Notes under the pieces: model-generated
What the model was told of the DNA's origin: nothing
Seen by the model: only the letters and a program-made list of their open reading frames with translations
Database searches by the model: none
Part shown: piece by piece, positions 55,674 to 64,000 of the stretch
Layout of the letters: every line of letters starts with the position of its first letter
Numbering within the stretch: position 1 is the stretch's first letter
Assembly: GCA_951406725.2 (NCBI GenBank)
Contig: OX597817.1
Coordinates: 77,686,001-77,750,000 of the forward strand
Reading direction: 5' to 3'
Source: Octopus vulgaris
Lineage: Eukaryota
Length of the DNA stretch: 64,000 nucleotides
Made by a program: the position numbers and the translations under genes

Positions 55674-56092
55674 AATGAAAGAATGGAGTCGAACGAAGAT
55701 GTTAACAAAATTCCTTTACTCTCAACATATGTTTCGAAGACAATATGGTTTCATTCCAGAGGAATAAAGGGTGCATTATGCACCCTTTATTCCTCTGGAA
55801 TGAAACCATGCTGACGATAAACATAGGATAATTCATTCACCTATTTATATATACATATATATATGTACGTATGTGTATGTGTATATTTTTGTGCATCTGT
55901 GTTTGTCCCCCCAACATTGCTTGACAACCGATGTTGGTGTGTTTACGTCCCCGTAACTTAGCGGTTCGGCAAAAGAGACCGATAAAATAACTAATAGGCT
56001 TACAAAGAATAAATCCTGGGATCGATTCGTTCGACTAAAGGCTGTGCTCCAGCATGGCCACAGTCAAATGACTGAAACAAGTAAAAAAAGAC

Positions 56093-56093
<1 letters not shown>
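55430..56093 (+). mobile_element. Family-A SINE split by a family-N tail and a PLE hairpin
   Basis: 5' half 55430-55575, 3' half 55895-56093. Confidence 0.85.
55673..55845 (-). mobile_element. PLE terminus with perfect 32-bp hairpin and HHR 3' half
   Basis: Arms 55745-55776 / 55778-55809; minus strand cGAA ACATATGT T gagag. Confidence 0.6.
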
Positions 56094-56146
<53 letters not shown>

Positions 56147-56733
56147 ATACTATGTATAATGTATATATCTGTATAGATATACATATATATATATATATAT
56201 ATTTGACTTTTCTGAAATTTCTAGCATACTGGGCTTGAAATGAAAACCACAAAGTTTAAAAGCATGCTTCTTACACACACCTCTTCTCTTTAAGGTCTAT
56301 TTAAGTTACTTACTTAAAATTTCACACATTATACAAGAATTTTAAAATCCAACAATATGTCATATTCTAAAATGTTTTTTTAAATTTTATTATTAAAACA
56401 AAATCAACATGAGTAATAATACCATATATAATAGAAATATCAAATGGCAAGGCTAAATATATATTCTTACATAGAAGTGAATTATATATTTTATACAAAC
56501 ACGTGTATTTACCAGCGGTAGATATTACAATATATTGTATGCATCTCACCTAACAACTTCTATATTTAAATCTATAGCAATACATTTTGTGAACCCCTAA
56601 TGTTCCACTATTATTACTATTCTCTTATTAAATGATTTAAAATACTGATAGAGGGCTGTAAAAGGTAAGAAAAAAAAGAATTTTTAAATGCATGGACATT
56701 TTTACATCTATCATGCTTTTGCCTATATGTGTA

Positions 56734-56791
<58 letters not shown>

Positions 56792-56795
56792 TATA

Positions 56796-56839
<44 letters not shown>

Positions 56840-56937
56840 TGAACGTGCACACACAGAGATATGTATGTGTGTATATATGTATGTATATATTGTATATGTA
56901 GATATGTATATATCTATATATGTGAGTACATATATAG

Positions 56938-56968
<31 letters not shown>

Positions 56969-57216
56969 TGCATATGTATATTTATGAACATATGTATAAA
57001 TATATATATATATATACAAATATATGTATACATTTATATATACATATATATATATATTTACATATAATGAAATATATATATATTTATATAATATATATAT
57101 GTTTGTATGTATATACAAATGCATATATATATTCTGATACACATATATTATATGTGCACACACACACATGCACACACACACAAATATGTATGTGTGTATA
57201 TATGTATCTATATACA

Positions 57217-57326
<110 letters not shown>

Positions 57327-58419
57327 CATATGTAAGTATGTATATATCGTGTATATATATGTATGTATGTATACACACACACACATACACACACGTACAA
57401 CCTTATGTACCATGTTAAACATTACATATACGGTTACTGGAAATGTGCACAAGCTCCATGGCATCTATATTTATGGCATTTGGTGAAGGCTAACAGAAGC
57501 TCAAGACTATAACAGTGGTTCACATAATTGAACTGAATCTATCTAACAAACTATTGTTATAGTGTTGTTATCATGATTATTATTAGGGCTGTTGTTGTTA
57601 TTGTCATTATTAAAATTATTACTGTTATTCTTGTTGTTTTTATTCTTCTTATCATTTTCCTCATCCTTGTCATTATCTATAGTGTGCAAAATATTCAATA
57701 TGATAACTGTGGTGAGAGGAATTGCTAAACAGAAAACAGGGTATATATATAACAGGCCACTTCCTTTGATTCTTAGTGAATCTTCCTAGTGGTATATTGT
57801 CACACACATATGCACACACACACGCCCACACACACACATACATACGCAACCTACATATGTATATACATGTGTGCATATATATATATATATACACAATATA
57901 TATGAGTGAACAAATGAAAGAAAAGGGCACTCAACATATATAGCAGGAGTTACATGTTACATTTAAAACAATTTGATTCAATTTCTGTATATCTATCTAT
58001 CTATCTATCTATTTATTAATACACACAAACACATACACATAAATATATATATTATATATATATTATAAATATAATATGTATTATCATCATTGTCATCATT
58101 ATCATCATCATCATCTTCATCAACATAATTTAACGTTCATGTTCCATGCTGGCTTGTCAGGCCCAAACACTGTATTGCCCTCCTCTGTCTACTTTTGGCA
58201 TGGGTTCTATGGCTGGATGCCCTTCCTAATGCCAATCACTTCATTGCATACTATTTTGAGGCAACAGCACTAGAGTTTACCATGCGGCTTGCAAGACTAT
58301 GAACCTTGCAATACAGGTGGTTTCATGATGGGAAAGGAAGAATTAAGTTATGAGAGAAGGGGCCTGGACAGAACAGATTTCTTGCTGCAGAGTCACTCGC
58401 ATCATTCCTGTTTACCAAA

Positions 58420-58700
58420 ACCTTTGAAATTCCTATGCCTATTTTACAACTTCTCAATTCTGAGTTTAGCATTCATACCAGGAATTCTTTCTGCAATTCT
58501 TCCCAGTAGATTCATCTTTGAGAATTAGATCTTCAGCCTACAGTTTTTCTCATGGACAGCTAGTCTTAAACTCCTCTGTGATGACGTGTAAGACTGTGAT
58601 AAATTGTACAGTACTGAGGGCTGATCCTTGATGAATTCCTACCATCACTCTAAATTTGACACTCAAATTGTTGTTGACTCTTTCTTTACTTGTTACATCA
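58420..58700 (-). mobile_element. RTE LINE RT remnant
   Basis: VGIHQGSALS..FITVL..EEFKTSCP..AEDLIL. Confidence 0.8.
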
Positions 58701-58715
58701 TCATCATCATCATCA

Positions 58716-59410
58716 TCATCATCTAGCATCCACTTTCCATGCTGGCATGGGTTAGATTGTTTGACTGGAATGAGTAGCCAGAGAATTGCATCGTGTTCCA
58801 GTCTGATCTGGCATGGTTTCTACATCTAGATGTTCTTCCTAATGCCAACCACTCTGAGAGTGTAATGGGTGCTTTTTACATGCCACCAGTATGGGTGTCA
58901 TTTGCATGATGCTAGTAATGGCGATGACTATGATTTCAAAGGTGCCATTACATAATACTGGAAACGGCCACAATTATAATTTCATCTGACTAGACAAGTT
59001 TTCTCAATATCACCAAGGTCTTGTGTAGAATATCGCCAGAATATTGGCAAGGTATCGGTCACTTGTCATCATCTCCATGGGGCCTAATATTCCAAGATCA
59101 TGTTTCACCACCTCGTCCTTTGCCTCTGTGAAGTCCAACATTCAAAGATCATGCTACTGGCAATGGCCAAGATTATGATTTCACGCTTGCCATTTACATG
59201 ACACCAGCAACAGCAACGATTCCACTTGACTTGAGTTTTCTCAAGCACAGAATGTCCCCAAAGGTTTCGGTCCCTAGTCGTTGCCACCATGAGGTTTTAG
59301 CATTTAAAGATCATGCTTCACCAACTCATACCATGTCTTCCTAGGTCTACCTCTTCCACAGGTTCCCATCACAGTTAGTGATTGGCACTTCTTTACACAA
59401 CACTTCTTTG
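58716..59410 (-). mobile_element. RTE LINE 3' end with family-N-like tail
   Basis: CVKKCQSLTVMGTCGRGRPRKTW followed by family-N-like 3' sequence and (GAT)n. Confidence 0.7.
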
Positions 59411-59416
59411 TATATA

Positions 59417-59984
59417 TTGGGTTGCCTGGAAAGTTCATGCCGATTTTTAAATATAAAAAAAAGGTGAATAAATACTTGCCATTACAGCTTTAATCAACCA
59501 AATATGAACCATTTTGTTGCACAATGCGTTTCCATCTTTCCTTTAACTTGAAAATACCCTCTTCCCAGAATTGAGGTGATTTTATGGCAAAGAATTTCAT
59601 CAAGGTATCTTTTTACGTCATCCAAGGAATTGAAATTTTTACCATTAAGACTATTCTGCAGAGACTTGAATAAGTGAAAATCCGAAGGAGCAATATCTGG
59701 TGAATATGGAGGGTGGGGTAACACATCCCAGCTGAGCTGCAGCAATTTTTGCCTGGTTCCCAAAGCATCAAGTGCTGAAAATGAACTTTCTTATCTTCCA
59801 TTTTAAAGGGTTACAGAATTTACACAGGTTATAGGAACATAAACCTTCTTCCATGAAAAAGATAGCTTAAACTGTACTCTAAACAGAGGTGTAGTCAAAT
59901 CGTATTTTATGGACTCAACCATGTTCTAAAATAAATCGAAAGGTAAGCTACTGTAAATTGGCACGAACTTTCCGGACAACCCAA
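59417..59984 (-). mobile_element. Non-autonomous mariner (~570 bp), TA TSD
   Basis: TIRs; WDVLPHPPYSPDIAPSDFHLFKSLQN. Confidence 0.95.
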
Positions 59985-61440
59985 TAGTTATACATCCTTT
60001 ACTAGTCATTTTTCTATACCTAGTGTATAGCTTGTACTGCCTTCATAAGCCATTCATATACACCTAGTACATAGCTTGCATGTTAAATCATTTATGTTAC
60101 ATGTTATATCACATAATTTTCTGAAATAATTTATTTTAAAATTTCATTACCAGATTATACATTCTCATTGTCAACTGTACAAGGACTCATTGAATGTTTT
60201 GTTTCTTAGTGCACTATGTTCTGAGCCTGGAGTGATCATAGCTGGAACCTCTTTGATCATAGCTCTGCAGGTTCAGAGTTGACCTAGGGCTAAACAGTAA
60301 TAACAGTAGTAGAAACTAAATAGCTAAGAAGATGAGCCAAAAATTGAACCTCTACGTAGTTTCTTAGCCTTTCAAAAACAACAGCCAAATTCCTCTCAAA
60401 AATCTTAACCCACTGTTTTAGGAAAAAAAACACATATGATGGTAATGTGGTCCTCAGTATTCATGTGAAAAAAAACAAAAAAGTCATGGTTGGAATGTCT
60501 ACAGTTACAGGTTTTCTAATGTGAGACAATGCACCAAAACCAAAAACAACATTAACAACAACAACAACAGTGGCAGGCAGGTTATTTCACTTGCTGTCAC
60601 TTCTTATTCACTATTGTTCCATATATTTTGGACTAATTATCTTATGAAAGCTAATTAAATTTAAACAGTAATTAAGTTAAAGTTAACGTGTTTTATGTAA
60701 AGAATGCCAACAATATTTTATATAAAGTTATGTGATGTGAAAGATAGTATTTGATTAATTAATTAACATTATTTTAATAATTTCAGCAAGTATGGTAGAC
60801 AAATTGAGACATGTTTTAGTCTTATTGAACCTTCTTAGCTAAGCATAGGCTCCACTGTACATGTCATAGGATTGATAAAAAAAAATCACTAAATAGGTAT
60901 GAAAATATTTTCATTAGTAGATATGAAATGAAAAATTAATATATATATCTAACAGGTATGTCATTATCATCGTCGTTGTCATCATCATCATCAACATAGC
61001 ATCTACTTTTCCATGCAGAACATTTGAAGCAGACTTTCTGTGGCTAGATGCCATTCCAGTTACCAACCTTAATGTATTTCCATGCAAGGTAATATACTTA
61101 CATGGCTGGACATGTTTTCATGAAAGATTGAAAATAAAGGACACACACACACACACACACACATGTGCATGTCTGCACACACACGCATATACATATTTAT
61201 TCATGTATAAACATGTGCTTCATTGATCATTATTATCATTTAATGCCTGTTTTTCCATGCTGGCATGAGTTGGATGGTCTGACCAGAGCTGGCAAGCTGG
61301 AAAACTTCACCAGGCTCTAGTCCAATTTGTCTTTGGCTTTGGCTTCTATGGCTGGGTGCCCTTTCTAACCCTATCCACTTGACAAAAGGTGCTGAGTGCT
61401 TTTTGCATGATACTGGCTTGGATATATACTTTACATATAT

Positions 61441-61540
61441 ACTTTATTATTAAAGCTGTAAAAACATCACAAAAAACTGTTACTCAGAGTTTCACATTCC
61501 CATCTGTTGGATAGCTTTGGTTGAGAATGAAACAAAAAGT
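61441..61540 (-). mobile_element. PLE terminus with decayed HHR, related to 1069-1298
   Basis: Minus: atg-ggaa-tgt GAA ACTCTGAGT A acag; core mutated. Confidence 0.55.
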
Positions 61541-61585
<45 letters not shown>

Positions 61586-61790
61586 AATATTAGGGAATAA
61601 ATCCAAACTTACAGGGAAAAATCAGATTTAGGATTGAATCCAATTTTATAGTAAAATATTATATTATATTAAATTAGAGACAAAAACCACTATCAGGCAA
61701 ATCAAACAATGAAAGACTTAAGCCAATACATATGATTAATTTATATTATTTAAAAATGTAACAAAATTATCAAAAAATATAATTAATATC

Positions 61791-61853
61791 CCACTACGAT
61801 CGTTTCCTGCCTGCAGTCTTCAAATTTTTGAGTCGCAGTCATTCATCAGATGG
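61791..61853 (-). ncRNA. Type-I hammerhead ribozyme
   Basis: ccat CTGATGA atgactgc...gcaggcag GAA ACGATCGT A gtgg. Confidence 0.78.
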
Positions 61854-61942
61854 TTTAAATATTTTTCTTGGTGAGGTTTAAACAATGAACTAGAATTTTT
61901 AATCAAAAAACGTCTTATGCCTCGCCAAGAAAAATATCTAAA

Positions 61943-62005
61943 CCACCTGATGAATGACTGCGACTCAAAAATTTGAAGACTGCAGGCAGGAAACGATTGT
62001 AGTGG
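61943..62005 (+). ncRNA. Type-I hammerhead ribozyme
   Basis: ccac CTGATGA atgactgc...gcaggcag GAA ACGATTGT A gtgg. Confidence 0.78.
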
Positions 62006-62125
62006 GATATTAATTATATTTTTTGATAATTTTGTTACATTTTTAAATAATATAAATTAATCATATGTATTGGCTTAAGTCTTTCATTGTTTGATTTGCC
62101 TAATAGCGGTTTTGTCTCTAATTTA

Positions 62126-62168
<43 letters not shown>

Positions 62169-62169
<1 letters not shown>

Positions 62170-62471
62170 GAGGCGCAATGGCCTAGTGGTTAGGGCAGCG
62201 GACTCGCGGTCGCAGGATCGCAGTTTTGATTCCCAGACCGGGCGTTGTGAGTGTTTATTGAGCGAAAACACCTAAAAGCTCCACGAGGCTCCGGCAGGGG
62301 GTGGTGATCCCTGCTGTACTCTTTCACCACTCTTTCTCCCACTCTTTCTTCTGTTGGCCTGCTCACTTAGCCAGCGGGGTGGCGTCATTCGAAGGCTAAA
62401 ACAATGCGAACGCATTGTGACCAGCGATGTGTAACAACATCTGATGGTCTGGTCGGTCATGTGATCACGTG

Positions 62472-62472
<1 letters not shown>
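62169..62472 (+). mobile_element. SINE family B, well preserved, with alternative 3' tail
   Basis: Head as at 6981; tail matches 15858-15950. Confidence 0.9.
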
Positions 62473-62536
<64 letters not shown>

Positions 62537-63113
62537 GGTAGGTGTGAGAGGCAGAATCTGGATCATTTGAACATAAAAACAAGTAGGATATTTGGTCTGG
62601 ATATGGTCAGTTTAAATGCTAAGGAATTAAATGACAAAGATTCACTCATCCCAGTTTTATAGAGAAATGGAAAATAGGAAGCAGAAATGTTCATAGATTT
62701 TCTAAGTAATTTAGCTAACATCTAAAATAAAAGTTTCTAAACTAGATTTGAAAAACACAAAGTGTTTGTAATAATATCAGCTAGATAGAAACTTATTATC
62801 TTCTCAAGAGGAATTTACTTACCTTTGAAATTATAAATAACAAAGCAAAATTTTATTTCACTTATTTATTTATTTATTATTGTTTATTTGTTTATCAAAA
62901 TATTTATTTTCAAATTTTTCCTCCTTTTTTTTTTTTTTTTTACAAAAAAAGGATATTTTTTTGTTTGCTTTATTTTAACATTCGATTTATTTACATAATT
63001 TAAAATTTTGTCAAAATGTAATCATTCTTCCAAACTTAACTTCATCTCAAGTAATGCACAGTGGTCGTTAGGTGACGGCTAATGTTTCATTCATTTATTT
63101 ATTTATTTATACG

Positions 63114-63163
<50 letters not shown>

Positions 63164-63554
63164 GATTATTATAATTATTATTATTATTATTGTTACCATT
63201 CGTATTGTTGTTGTTGTTTTCCTAAAGTACTTTCGCTTATGAACACTTTTAAAAGGAGGTGTCATTGGACATAAATAAACAAACAGAAATAAACAAATTT
63301 CAATAAATAAATATTAATACTAATAAACAAAATCTACAACAACAACAACAGCAACAACAATAGCAACAACAAGCATTTACAAAGTAAGGCGTTGGTTCCA
63401 CATTATGATTTGGACAGAAATTCTTTCATTTTCAATAGCTTTTAAGAATCATACACAACGCAAATCTAAAACTAGATGGATAAACAAAATACTTTTTTAA
63501 TTCCAACATATAAAAGACAATACAGAATTAAGTGCCGCACACTTTATATTTACT

Positions 63555-63591
63555 TTCTTTATTATTATTATCATTATTATTATTATTATTA

Positions 63592-63638
<47 letters not shown>

Positions 63639-63642
63639 GTTA

Positions 63643-63719
<77 letters not shown>

Positions 63720-63720
63720 T
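63555..63720. repeat. (TTA)n microsatellite
   Basis: Direct inspection. Confidence 0.97.
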
Positions 63721-63842
63721 TGTTAAATATTTTTTTTTATTAATTTTGTTATTAAGAACTGTTTTCTCTTGCATTAAACATTTAATCTTTTATTGAAATC
63801 TAGTTTTCCATATTTTTTTGCCCTACTACTACTATTGCTACA

Positions 63843-63886
<44 letters not shown>

Positions 63887-63887
63887 G

Positions 63888-63917
<30 letters not shown>

Positions 63918-63918
<1 letters not shown>

Positions 63919-64000
63919 GGTGTAGACATGGCTGTGTTGTTAAGAAGTTTGCTTTGAGGCCATTTGGTTTTAAGTTCAGTCCCACTGTGTGGCACCTTAG
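63918..64000 (+). mobile_element. Family-A SINE head, truncated by window end
   Basis: gttcagtcccactgtgtggcacctt. Confidence 0.7.

Larger units (their letters stand above)
61582..62135. mobile_element. Fold-back PLE terminus in (TA)n
   Basis: ~215-bp inverted arms 61661-61876 / 61920-62135, 43-bp spacer. Confidence 0.85.

Overview
AT-rich eukaryotic non-coding DNA, inferred to be octopus from its repeat content; no database search was possible. No intact host protein-coding gene, rRNA, true tRNA or CRISPR array is supported, and nearly all listed ORFs are microsatellite translations. The window is a mosaic of microsatellites and nested, decayed transposons: four SINE-like families, R4/Dong-type LINEs in (TAA)n, RTE LINE remnants, mariner and maT elements, piggyBac-type and hAT-type MITEs, and a Helitron. 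The most striking signal is about ten minimal type-I hammerhead ribozyme (HHR) motifs from several Penelope-like element (PLE) families. Most sit in (TA)n tracts, often as fold-back structures with 5' ends joined centrally and 3' ends pointing outward. Most families carry a different palindromic helix III. HHRs in PLEs are established knowledge; the local diversity, paired opposite-strand ribozymes and possible family-specific dimerisation code are the points worth testing.
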